Shown: one piece after another, positions 14,160 through 25,963 of the stretch
Layout of the letters: each line of letters opens with the position of its first letter
How positions within the stretch are numbered: position 1 is the stretch's first letter
Origin: Chrysemys picta bellii
Lineage: Eukaryota
Assembly (NCBI RefSeq): GCF_011386835.1
Contig: NC_088800.1
Span: 24,428,001-24,492,000, forward strand
Length of the DNA stretch: 64,000 nucleotides
Direction: 5' to 3'
Notes under the pieces: generated by a model
Seen by the model: the letters and a program-made list of their open reading frames with translations, nothing else
What the model was told of the DNA's origin: nothing
The model's database searches: none
Program-made: the position numbers and the translations under genes

Positions 14160-14340
14160 TCAGGATGGTCTTGTGGGTAAGGCGGTGGACTGAACCTCGG
14201 AAGATCTGGGTTTAGTTCCTGGTTCTGCCACAAACTTCATATGTGACCTTGGGCATATCATTTAATCTCTCCATGCCTCAGGTACCCATATGTAAAATGG
14301 TGATGATGATGGTGCTTCCTTTCTCTGCCTCACCTCTTCA
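14160..14340 (+). mobile_element. MIR-like CORE-SINE
   Basis: tRNA-like head followed by tgtgaccttgggc...tttaatctctccatgcctcag...tgtaaaatgg core. Confidence 0.7.
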
Positions 14341-16295
14341 GGGGGGAATTTACAAACGGGAACTGGACGTCTGTCTCTCCTTTGGGCCTTTGAAAATCTT
14401 CCCCTTAGACAGTTAGCTCTTCAGGCCAGGAACTACCTTGCTACATGTTTGGGACCCCTATTATGCTAGACAGTGTACGTTCTCAGCTGGGAGCTCCGAG
14501 CTATTGTAATATAAATAATTATTTTCTTTTGTATGCCAGTGTATACATATTTAAATTGAAGTAACCAATATGATAAAGGGTGTGTATGTGTGTGCAAGCA
14601 AGAGTAAAAGAGAGCTAACGTGACTCCAGAGGGGCAGATCACTTCATTTTCCTACAAAATCTAGCTTTCTGAATGATACCAGTGGGTTTTTTTTATGAGT
14701 CAAACTTAAAACAATGCTGCTGGGTTTAGCTTGTATTGTTTGGCTTCTCAGCATAAGGTGGTGCAAAATCAATGTTTCTGTGCATAAAAATGCACCTGAA
14801 ATTCGGCTGATCTCTGAAAAAAACATGTGCTTTAAGGGCATTCAGACAGCTGTTGCTGTCACAGTTGTGATACAGGAGAAAGTTAAGTTCACCTTTCAGC
14901 TTCAATGCCTAACAAAGCTATAGTTTTCTTACAAAGGAAAAGCAGCTGGTACTTTATCCTCACTTATCATGGCAGGCATTTGAAAATTAATATGATAGAC
15001 CTGACAGTAATCTGATGATGGAAAAAATGTGTATCTTGCTTTTGGGAGACTGTTCAATATAACAGTCCTCTTTATCCCCCTTTTTAGTGTGCACTGTTTG
15101 TCTGGGTTTTTATACAGAACTGTAACATAAAAATGCCTTACCTTTTTTTTTTTGAGCAAATGGTTATTTGAGGAAAGCTAGGTCAAAGCAATGTGGTTTA
15201 CATTTTTGTATTGAAGATATTGAGATTTGTGGTGATTCTAAGATGATCTGGCAGTGAGTTCCACCGTCATGGGCCAGCTTCCAAGAAAGCTCTGTCTCCA
15301 GCTGCCATGAGTCTTACTTTTGTGGTTGATAATTCTATTGTTCTAGTGAAATATAGCCGTCAAGCTCTGGTGGTCACATTAATACAGCAAGGACAGTTTG
15401 TTCTAGGTAATGAGGAAGTCGCCTTTCTATAGTTCCTTCGTGGCCTGATACAATATCACTTCTAGGAAAGCCACACACACAAAAATTCCTGATAAAATAC
15501 TGATCTGAACAGATATTAAATAGTGATTAGTGCCAATATTGCTTAAAGCCAGAACAGTCTGGTGAGAGGGTTGTTATGGGTTTACATGCCTTCATGCATT
15601 TAGTTTGCTCACACTTATAATACATTATTACATGGATGGTGGGAAAAATTCAGTGCTGATAGAAGAGTTCTTTGCAAGCTAAATCATAACTAAAATATGC
15701 ATTACAAAGGTATATGATGTCACATAATATGTAAACAAAGATGAATGATGTGTGAATTATGTCAATCTGAATTAATGTTTTTCTTTTAATTATTGTTGTT
15801 GTTATTATTATTCTTATTATTATTATACTAACCAAGATTATGAAGTATTACATTTAAAGGAATCACCCAAACTGCGCTTAAGAGGAAACTGTAAAGGTGA
15901 CATCATTGAATCAATGGAGCTATTCCGATTTACATCTGCTGAAGATCTGAGCTGGTCATCTTTATGACGGGTGTAGATTTAAGGATTAGGGCTTAATGGA
16001 CTAATGAACTAATGGGATGCTTTTATGAAGTGGAGGGGTGAAAAGTTTGTGTCTGGACCAACCAGGAGTAGATGCAGCTAAAATGACCAGCAAGGAGGCA
16101 GGATTGGCAAAAAATGAGCTTCCAGGCATGGCAGAGATGGACAGATTTGGTAAAACAGTTGCAGTATTTTGCTCCCTTAGAGCTACAGCCTTTTTTGTTT
16201 ACACTGCTGATGACAATCCAGTTGGCATTTGCTGCCCTATCTACCCATTAGATTTTTTGTCCCTGTTGTAAGGGCTACCTAAATACAGAGAGGCA

Positions 16296-16465
16296 TGTGG
16301 TTTGCTTTGCTTGAGGAATGAACGTGGGACTGGGAGTCAAGAGTTCTAATCACAGCTCTGACACTGATGGCTTAAGTAGGTGAAATGGAGATAATACTTG
16401 ATACGCAACTCATGGGAGTGCTGTGAGGATAAATTCATTAATATTCCTGTAAAGCATTTGGAAAT
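16296..16465 (+). mobile_element. MIR-like SINE, internally deleted
   Basis: gggactgggagtcaagagttctaatcacagctctgacactga...tgaaatggagataatactt...gtgaggataaattcattaat. Confidence 0.55.
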
Positions 16466-17965
16466 TAAGTTCTATGACGCTTAAATGCCAAGACTTATTA
16501 TTTAGCTACTCCAGTAAAGATGATTTTGAGGAAGAACAGCCTTGAAAAAAATGATTTTTTCTGTATTTAAAATACCCTGTTACATCTGCTGTGTTCAACA
16601 TAGTACAATTCACTCCCTTAACCTTGAACTCCAAGGGGACTGTCAGAGAAATACTTGATCTAATAACTTACCCAAACAACAAAATGTCAACCATTCCTCC
16701 ACCACTAGAGAAGATAAATGAATCTCAGTTTAATTACTTGAAAAGATGAACAGAAATTAAAGAAAGAAGAATAGATGGCCCCAGTACAAAGAATTGAATG
16801 AACCAACTTTGGAACAAGAGGTTTTTCTACTAGAAATCTTGTCTAAAATGCTACTGTGTGAGACAAGTGCTGGAAGATTTTGAGAGCCAAATTCATTCTT
16901 GGAATATTGTCACATTGGGAATTATCTATAACTAGAGATTGCTTCTCAGTGCCCTGGGGCAGATGAAAAAGACATTCCTGTATCAATCAAGATAGCTTTC
17001 AGCTCAGTGTAATTAGCAGTAATAAATAAGCTTTCAGACTTCCAGAGATCATTACCATCCATATGAGCTGTTTGACTTCAACTGCACATTCTTTTCAGAA
17101 ATAGCAAGGTCTTTTTTTCTGGATATAATCTCTGCTATGCAGGTATGGGAGAAGAAACTGAATACTTAGAAAAATCTTTTACTCAGGGAGACATTCAATT
17201 TTTTATTTTTATACCTGCCAAACCATGGATGAAAATTGATATGTATTTTAAGACTATGATTTGGGGAGCCATCTGTTGACAAAGAATCAATAGGGAAACC
17301 CCCCAAACAAGCTGTGATGATAATTCAACAAAAGACTTTTAAATTTGGTTTAAGGTAGCTTTACAGTTTGTGGTCCCTCTGCTTTGAATTTTGCTTCTGT
17401 CCTCTATCAGGTCTCTTCAAAGATATGACCCGCTAATATATGCAGGCATATTCTATTATTTTACCTTTTCAATGCTAGATACATTATTGAAGGAACTGAA
17501 TTAGCTTGGGGTTCACTTTAGAGTTAAAGTGACAGTCCTGCTGACTCTCTCAAAAAGCTGAATAGAACTGGCATTACAGTGCTAGACATTCCATTTTATC
17601 TTATACAGTTGTTTCTATGTTGTTAGATCATTCCACATACCTTTATAGTGAATAGCTATTTTTACAACTAATATTTATGTTGGGTAAGATGTTCTGTTCT
17701 TATTACCTTTCCTCAAGGATTAATAGATGTATCTGCCTTGTGAGAACACTGTAGGCTCTACTATACATGAAACACAGGAACGTTTAGTTGGGGAGAAATC
17801 TTGAAGAGTTTAACTGTTAGAAGGACATTTTTAATATGTTATGTTTGTTTTCCTAACCTATGTTTGGTGCTGCACTGATCAGTAGAACAATATTAACAAT
17901 ATAGGCTCTCAGATACTAGGTCCATTTTCTTATTCCTGCAAGCAGGGAAAAAACATGCACAGTAC

Positions 17966-18300
17966 ATTGACTATGGACTTCTCTTGTCTGGTATCAGAAA
18001 TGTGACAGGAGTTAACAGAACTGCCCTGAGATGGTTTCATCCATTTCTGTCAGGCCACACCAGAGAGTCATAATGGAGACATACGCCTACGCCTCCAGAG
18101 CCCTCACCTCATCTGTCCACTTCCTATCCTGTTCAATATCTATATAAAGCCACTAAAGGAGACTGTGAAATAGAATGAACTAAAATGATACTAGATATCT
18201 GAGACCCAGTTCTTGGGAAGGGGGGCAAATGTTCTTACCTATAATATGCTACTAGCCCGGCCCACTGTCCTGTGGCTTGATCATCATCAAGGCAGATATA
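17966..18300 (+). mobile_element. Ancient L2/CR1-clade LINE reverse-transcriptase remnant
   Basis: Manual translation: IDYGLLLSGIRNVTGVNRTALRWFHPFLSGH (from 17966), then PILFNIYIKPL (from 18124, different frame), resembling the RT motifs TIDHxxLL...WFxSFL and PILFNIYMKPL. Confidence 0.6.
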
Positions 18301-18976
18301 AATCTAAAATTCAACTGAATTCTAGTTCTATCATTATTTATTTTAGAATAACAGCATTTTGATTAAGCATTTATTTCAAAAGTTAAGAATTACATCCTCA
18401 GAATATTAGTTTTGTAAAAATAAGTCATCTTGGTCAAAGCAAATTACAGCAGAATCTGAGTTCTGCCACAGAAATTGTGGTAAAGAAAGTGTTGGGTCTG
18501 ATTCAAAGCCATCAATGGAAAGACTTCTCTTGACTTCTGTGGATTTCTGATGAGACCCATTATCTGAGAAGGGAAGGAAAAAATCAAAACTATACTGAAC
18601 TGGTTTGGAGACTAGCTTTCTTAAACAAAAACAGTTAAACAAATTAGACAGTGAGGAAAGGACAGAATTATTGAAGACAATGACAGTTAAGCCATTAGAT
18701 TCTCAAAGTTATGGCTTTCCCCAGAAATTCCAATTAACAGAAACAGTACTATAAGAACCAGCAAAAGATCCAGCTAGTGCTTCAAATTTTATTACCTATT
18801 TTTTCTGAAATATTGAAATATTTTCAAATCTCAGTTAAATGAGATACTAAATTATTCATTATGAAATTTAATATGTAATGCCTCAAATTTAACCTCCACT
18901 TAATGATTTTTAAACAGTTGAAAATGGGTTTCTTATGATTTTTTAAAATTAATCCTATCACCGCTTCATACTAAAA

Positions 18977-20186
18977 TATGGCTGTTGATAAATCGCAGTT
19001 AATTCACGTGATTAACTAAAAAAATTAAGCGCGATTAATCACAATTTTAATCACACTGTTAAACAATAGAATACCAACTGAAATTTATGAAATGTATGAA
19101 ATTTATTAAATACTTTGGATATTTTTCTACATTTTCATATATATCTTATTCTGTGTTGTAATTGAAATCAAAGTGCATATTATTTTTTATTACAAATATT
19201 GCACTGTAAAAATGATAAACAAAATAAACAGTATTTTTCAATTAACCTCATACAAGTACTGTGCAATCTTTGTCATGAAAGTGCAACTTACAAATGTAAT
19301 TTTTTTGTTATATAACTGCACTCAGAAACAAAACAATGTAAAACTTTATCGCCTACAAGTCCACTCAGTCCTACTTCTTGTTCAGCCAATCGCTAAGACA
19401 AACAAGTTTGTTTACATTTACAGCAGATAATGCTGCCCCCTTCTTATTTACAATGTCACCAGAAAGTGAGAACAGGCATTTGCATGGCACTTTTATAGCC
19501 AGCACTGCAAGGTATTTACATGCTAAAGATTCATAGGCCCTTCATTCCAGAGGACATGCTTCCATGCTGATGATGCTCATTAAAAAAATGTGTTAATTAA
19601 ATTTGTGACTGAACTCCTTGAGGGAGAATTATATGTCCCCTGCTCTGTTTTACCCACATTCTGCATATATTTCATGTTATAGCAGTCTCGGATGATGACC
19701 CAGCACATGTTGTTCATTTTAAGAACACTTTCACTGCAGATTTGACAAAACGCAAAGAAGGTACCAATGTGAGATTTCTAAAGATAGCCACAGCACTTGA
19801 CCCAAGGTTTAAGAATCTGAAGTGCATTCCAAAATCTGAGAGGGACATAGGGTGACCAGACCGATATTTTGGTGTCTGTCCTGCGTCCCGAGACGCAAGT
19901 TGTCCCGATATCCGCCGGCAGCACTGCCCCCCTCCTCCCCCGCATGTGTCCCGATATTTTCTTCCCCTCATCTGGTCACCCTAGAGGGACAAGGGGTGGA
20001 GCTTTCAGAAGTCTTAAAAGCGCAAACCTCTGATGCGGAAACTACACAACCCGAACCACCAAAAAAAGAAAATCAGCCTTCCACTGGTCGCATCTGACTC
20101 AGATGATGAAAATGAACATGCATCGGTCTGCACTGCTTTGGATTGTTATCAGCACGGACGCATGTCCCCTGGAATGGTGGTTGAAC
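18977..20186. mobile_element. hAT transposon derivative with transposase C-terminal remnants in both orientations; right side truncated
   Basis: Degenerate TIR (tatggctgttgataaatcgc) and subterminal (gcgattaa)n; minus-strand dimerisation-domain remnant ~19420-19565; plus-strand ...KIATALDPRFKNLKC... ~19716-20186. Confidence 0.85.
19848..19983. mobile_element. Young hAT MITE nested in the hAT derivative
   Basis: Perfect 13-bp TIR tagggtgaccaga / tctggtcacccta; perfect 8-bp TSD gagggaca. Confidence 0.93.
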
Positions 20187-21293
20187 TTATCCTTTGTCTT
20201 GGAGAAATAGGTTTAGCCACTCCCCAGACCTGCATAGTAAACACACTTCAGTCATCATTTCAGCTTATGTTCACAACTTCACATATAATGTTGTTTACGT
20301 ACATTTCACCATGATATTGTTGACCAATGAGTTTTTAGTTTTCAAATGATACCTTACAAGGCATATTTTCTACAAAGATTATTACAATAGGGGTGTATTC
20401 CATCATAGAGTGACATCACATCAGCTGGGCTTCTGAACTCCATTGACGGGGAGCCACGCCCAAGGAGACCAGCAGAGCCCTGGTGGGCATGTAAGCGCCA
20501 GGGAGAGGAAACTAAGCCTGAGGAGTCTAGTGGAACTCTGGAGGGCATCCAGGCTCCACCCAGAGGCAGCAGCGTATGCATGAGCATGGTGTGAACATAT
20601 GGGCAACCTGCTGTGTGCTGTGTCTCATTCGGGCTTGATTTTGAAATGGTACTACTCCTTGACACCCCCAATTCAACTCCTGCTTCTTGTGATTCAAATA
20701 CAGTACGCTGAAAGGTGATTTGATATTGGCTGAGTACGTTGAATCCCCACAGCACATTATCTTTTCAGGCACATGTCTAGAATCATTCTGAAATATAAGA
20801 CGGTTTGCAGGTTCACCCTTTTGCTTAGTGGAAGAGGGATTTGTTTATTTCCAGCTACTCTAGGATTTTCCCAGGCAGCTTATATTACAAATTGATAAAC
20901 TAGCATACTTATTTTATCTATTATAGGTATTTCTAAGGCACCTGTCACTGTGTTACCTAAGGCCCAGAGTCTCTGCATTGGTCAAGTTGTGATCAGCTCA
21001 AGTGGAAGGGCAAAGATAACTTTGAGCTACCTTTATGAGATCATTAGGCACCAGCCTGGTCCCCTGAATTTAAGACAATAGCCTGAAGTTTTCTCTATTT
21101 AACATTGTTTGCCAGCAGCCCACAGGGGCCATTCAGGCAGCTAGGGATTGGTTCTGAACAGGAGCACTTCTCCACCCACTTCCTCCCTTAAGCCATACAC
21201 TAAGAAGGGGATGGCATAGGAGCTATTACAGAAGCCCTGTGTCATCCGAGGATTCTTCTATGCAAGAGGAATCTATAATTGACCAGTTCAGCA

Positions 21294-21361
21294 GTCTCTA
21301 AGGTGCCACAAGTACTCCTGTTCTTTTTGCAGATACAGACTAACACGGCTGCTACTCTGAA
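21294..21361 (+). mobile_element. Penelope-like pLTR family A 3' fragment with tail
   Basis: agtctctaaggtgccacaagtactcctgttctttttgcagatacagactaacacggctgctactctgaa is nearly identical to the end of the 57767-58205 copy. Confidence 0.8.
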
Positions 21362-21368
21362 TCCAGAT

Positions 21369-21430
21369 CAGTGTTTCTCAAACTTGGGACACTGCTTGTT
21401 TAGGGAAAGCCCCTGGCGGGCCGGGCCAGT
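21369..21430. mobile_element. hAT MITE terminal fragment
   Basis: Starts with cagtgtttctcaaacttggg, a Charlie-like TIR; no partner end. Confidence 0.6.
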
Positions 21431-21630
21431 TTTTTTTTCTCTTACTTAATTGGCCTCTCAGAGTTGGTAAGACAACTCCCACCTTTTCATGCTCTCTGTA
21501 TGTGTATATATATCTCCTCAATATATGTTCCATTCTATGCATCCAAAGAAGTGGGCTGTAGCCCACGAAAGCTTATGCTTAAATAAATTTGTTAGTCTCT
21601 AAGGTGCCACAAGTACTCCGGTTCTTTTTA
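21431..21630 (+). mobile_element. Penelope-like pLTR family A fragment with decayed hammerhead (21539-21578)
   Basis: Reverse complement of 57767-57970; core reads CCAAAGA (G5 lost), stems intact. Confidence 0.8.
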
Positions 21631-22168
21631 CTGATCTGGATGATGGGATTAATTGCACCCTTAGCAAGTTCACAGATGACACTAACCTGGGGGGGAGAGG
21701 TAGATACGCTGGAGGGTAGGGATACGGTCCAGAGTGACCTAGACAAATTGGAGGATTGGGCCAAAAGAAATCTGATGAGGTTCAACAAAGACAAGTGCAG
21801 AGTCCTTCACTTAGGATGGAAGAATCCCATGCACTGTTACAGATTGGGGACCGACTGGCTAAGAAGCAGTTCTGCAGAAAAGGACCTGGGAATTACAGTG
21901 GATGAGAAGCTGGATGTGAGTCAGCAGTGTGCCCTCATTGTCAAGAAGGCTAATGGCATATTGGGCTGCATTAGTAGGAGCATTGCCAGCAGATTGAGGG
22001 AAGTGATTATTCCCCTCTATTCGGCACTGGTGAGGCCACATCTGGAGTATTGCATCCAGTTTTGGTCCCCCCACTACAGAAGGGATGTGGACAAATTGGA
22101 AAGAGTCCAGTGGAGGGCAATGAAAATGATTAGGTGGCTGGGACACATGACTTACGAGGAGAGGCTGA
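21631..22168 (+). mobile_element. CR1 LINE ORF2 (RT C-terminal region) fragment, truncated at both ends, frameshifted
   Basis: ORF 21589-22209 gives GGEVDTLEGRD...FNKDKCRVLHLG...LVRPHLEYC...LERVQ...HMTYEERL; the FxDDT motif lies in another frame before a G7 run. Confidence 0.95.
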
Positions 22169-23508
22169 TATACAATATAAGAAAATACAATAGAGTTGAG
22201 GCAGTGTAGGTTACATTAAGTTTACATAAATATTACATAAGTATGTTTACTTATTATAGAGGTTGTTAATCCAAATCTGCACTTTGAATTTACAAAAAAG
22301 GAGTAATGTGACCATTATGAATTCATGTCTGTAAAGCACTTTGTAAGTGTGAGAGTGCAGTAGAGTACCCCTATTCTATTGAAAAATTATGAAAACGTGC
22401 ATGTACCATTTAGTATCTGAATATACTGCAACCTTTTCAACTTTGGAATGTAGCTGTTCCCAGAATCTTTGTGCACTAAATAGCAATTCACTTCTTAGCC
22501 TCCTCACGCTGTACTTTGCTCCACGTTCATCTTTTCTTACTAGAGAGTGGCTGGAGGGAGAATGCTTCTGAAGGGCAACTTTTATCCTCAGAGTCAGGAT
22601 AGGCTGGGCACTGGACAGGTAAATGAGGTAGGCAGGAGCGGGAAATCCTCCCCCCCCACACACACACAAGGACTCAAAGTCTCATATGTAGGTTACTGTA
22701 GTCCAGTGACTACAGTGGCATATGCAGTCCATGGCATAAGATGCTTGAGAAGATTCATGCAGTGGCACAGCCTTCATAATCTCAGTGGTAAATCTCCCCA
22801 TAATCTTACTGCCTCCCCATGGAGCTGTGCACCTACTATTCAGCCTCCTGGGATCCTGTCCCTCCTTCCACACTGGTTTTGCTGCCTGAGGAGCCCCTGT
22901 CCACGTGGAGGAGGGGCTAGATCTGGGGCTAAGGGCTCAGACATGGTGATGGTATAAATGCCTAGATAGTAATATGTCTCACCACAACACACTAAACAAA
23001 GATCAAGAAGAGAAAAGGATACTTTTCGTGGCGTTAGGAAATTTTCTCATGTAAGTTTAGTTCTAACCCCCATTGAAAAAGACACATGAGATAACATGCC
23101 AGGAACACATCTAGAATAAGTGCTTCCACCTGACCCAGCCTTTACTAGGAGCTGCACATGGATAAATTGCAATTTAATCAGTATTTACCTTAACTTCTGA
23201 TGAGAATTGTGCTTTGGTTTCTTCCAAATCTTGTGAAGTAATTAATCTTCAAGAACGAAAAAATGTGTTAGACAAATTTAAGCCCCAAACTTTAGTCCAA
23301 AAAGTCTTTGCTTACACTGTGATTCAAATAAACAGGGACCTGATCCTGGTGTCCCACCAAAATTGCACCCAGTAGGCAGATCATTGTTGCCCTCCTCTGA
23401 AGCGGAGTTCAAGGCTGGTCCCCCAGCTTCCAGAGCATCCTCAGTGCTGTTCTTAGTTATGCTAGCTGCAAGCAACTCCAAGGGAGCCAAAAGTACATGA
23501 AGATTGGT

Positions 23509-23711
23509 AAAAAGCAACAGAGGGTCCTGTGGCATCTTTAAGACTAACAGAAGTATTGGAGCATAAGCATTCGTGGGTGAATGCCTACTTCATCAGACGC
23601 AAGGCATTCACCCACGAAAGCTTATGCTCCAATACTTCTGTTAGTCTTAAAGGTGCCACAGAAACCTCTGTTGCTTTTTACAGATTCAGACTAACAATGC
23701 TACCCCTCTGA
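23509..23711 (+). mobile_element. Fold-back Penelope-like pLTR insertion (family B) with hammerhead on minus strand (23561-23600)
   Basis: Inverted arms, 32-nt tail, perfect 15-bp TSD tacatgaagattggt (23494-23508, 23712-23726). Confidence 0.85.
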
Positions 23712-23973
23712 TACATGAAGATTGGTGTCACATTGGAATGCTACGGTCATATTCCCTTTCCTCTGACATGCTAACTTTCCCCTGCTACACCAAAAGCTCA
23801 CATGATCCTTCTGGGGTATAAGCCATCTCTATGAGCATCAAACCAAAGTATATATAACTGTAATACTTTCTTAATGCAATACCAAACTCTTGACTCCAAT
23901 CAAAAAATGGAGTCCTTGAAAAATGCAGAGAGAGAAGGAAAGATCTTTCAATTGCCATTGCAAGCTACCTTAA

Positions 23974-24170
23974 GGGGGAGGGATAGCTCAGTGGTTTGAG
24001 CATTGGCCTGCTGAACCCAGGGGTGTGAGTTCAATCCTTGAGCGGGCCACTTAGGGATCTGGGGCAAAAATCAGTACTTGATCCTGCTAGTGAAGGCAGG
24101 GGGCTGGACTCAATGACCTTTCAAGGTCACTTCTAGGAGATAGGATATTTCAATTATTTATTTATTTTAT
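23974..24170 (+). mobile_element. tRNA(Lys)-derived turtle SINE (tortoise Pol III/Cry-type) with CR1-like 3' end
   Basis: A box tagctcagtgg ~23984, B box gagttcaatcc 24027-24037; 3' ggctggactcaatgacctttcaaggtc shared with the CR1 3' end; (attt)n tail. Confidence 0.9.
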
Positions 24171-25468
24171 TGTAGGACTTAAAGTTGGAGAATGCTTTAA
24201 CTCTCATTTTAGTTACTTCACCAGGATCCAGTCCTGGAGACACTTACATATATGTCACTTTTCTCATATGAATAGTCATGCTGAGGCCAACATATCTTAA
24301 TGGTTACCCTCAGGATTGGGTCCTATGATTTTAAATTGTGCAGTCTAATTAGTTGGATGGCCATCCTCAAGGCCGTGTTGGCTTTCTTCAGAAAAAGAGA
24401 GCAGATAATTAACGCATACTGAAATACAATCTACAGTAAACTGGTTTTGTTTATTCATTGACCTAGATTTACCACAAGCTACCATATCATTTGAAAAGCA
24501 CCTCTCTTATCACAGCAGTTATGATGTAGTTCTTTAGAGCAACTAACGAGGAAATATTCTTCAGGCTTTTTAGATTCACTCTGAAGACAAATAGACGTTT
24601 TAGCTACTCAGCCACACAAATCAAACACTAAAATAACCATACAATGTTTTATCTTCCTTTTCTTACCCCAATTAAATTAATCCTTGAATGCAGCTACAAG
24701 AGAAGTGATGATATTTTGGGTATATCAATCAGATGCAAACAGTTGATTATGTTGGATTTCACATGCAGATGTGAGCTGAAATGCTTTATTAGCCTTATTA
24801 ATTAAAATGCATTGCTGGGCTGGATACTTCACTGATAGGAACAGGAAGGAACAGAATCTGGAGAAAATGGGGAGAGGGCTTCAGAATGGGGAAAGCTTGA
24901 GGGAAAACTCTTTAGTCCTTTGGGGCCAGGGCTCCACAGCCAGTGAGGAGAAGGGATTCTAAGCAAGGGGCAGCAGGATGAGTGGTCCTGCCTCTCTACT
25001 GTATGCTCTTCTCTGAACCTGGTAGATATCAGAATGGGAATTAGCACTTCTCCAGGAGAATAAGATATGGCAGTAAATCAGGAAGCAGGAAAATAAAAGA
25101 ATAATTCTCTTTCATCTTTACCATGGCCTTGTTTGAGTTTTATGTCTCTTAACTGTAATGCCTATGAAAATGTTCTCATTTAGTTTCCACTGTGTATAAA
25201 ATACTGGACTGTATGCTATAAATGCAATTTGGGGACTTTGTCCATGATGCTAGGCAATATTTTAGAAAACACTGGAGTGAATTATTATTATTTGTTAATT
25301 ATCAAAGCCCCATAAATTTTAAAAAATTGGCAGTTGGTCTAGCACAAGCATTTTTGTGATACCCAAACAACTGCTACAATGAAGCAATGTAAAAGATGGG
25401 TGTGCCATATTTACTTATTGATTGGCTCCGAGGGCAATAACTCTTTTCACTTAACGTGTTTACAGTGT

Positions 25469-25871
25469 TGTGACGGAACAGAGATCAGGGCAGATTTGAC
25501 CTGGGAATGTTGCCTGGGAGTGGCATTGAGCTACCTGAGCCAGAAGCGGGGTGGGGAGAAGTGACACCTTCTGCCCGGGAGACTGAACAAAGGAAAGGAA
25601 GGGCAGAGGGGAAGAAGGAGAAAACTGCTGGGGGGATTTGGGAGTTTCAGTTTTGGGCTGGGTGGTGCAATGCAGGGAACACCAGGCTGGGGTCTAAGCT
25701 CCCTGAACCCCCAGAAGGACTTGATTGAGGGGTCCTGGTTGTACCTACAAGCTCTGATGTAGACTGTGTTCATATTGTCCAATAAACCTTCTGTTTTACT
25801 GGCTGACTGAGAGTCACAGCGAATCTCAGGAAGAGGGGTGCAGGGCCCTGACTTCCCCACACTTCGTGACA
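25469..25871 (+). mobile_element. Solo LTR (Gypsy/ERV-type), 403 bp
   Basis: TGTGAC...GTGACA ends, perfect 5-bp TSD agtgt, AATAAA at 25781. Confidence 0.9.
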
Positions 25872-25963
25872 AGTGTCAAAGGTCATTAACAACCATAATT
25901 ACTGCATTTTTGGAACACTCCTGTGAAATGCCAGTTGGGAGGTAAGTACTCATATCACCACAT

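Noticed and set aside
18406-18800. Purine-rich, coding-looking stretch as a possible endogenous viral fragment
   Set aside because: Frames close within about 40 codons and I recognise no viral or cellular motif.
21589-22209. 206-aa ORF as a host gene
   Set aside because: It is a frameshifted CR1 ORF2 fragment whose N-terminus is read from a Penelope-like arm.
23974-24050. Possible tRNA-Lys gene
   Set aside because: Continues into a CR1-like 3' region and an AT tail, with no proper acceptor stem or terminator; it is a SINE head.
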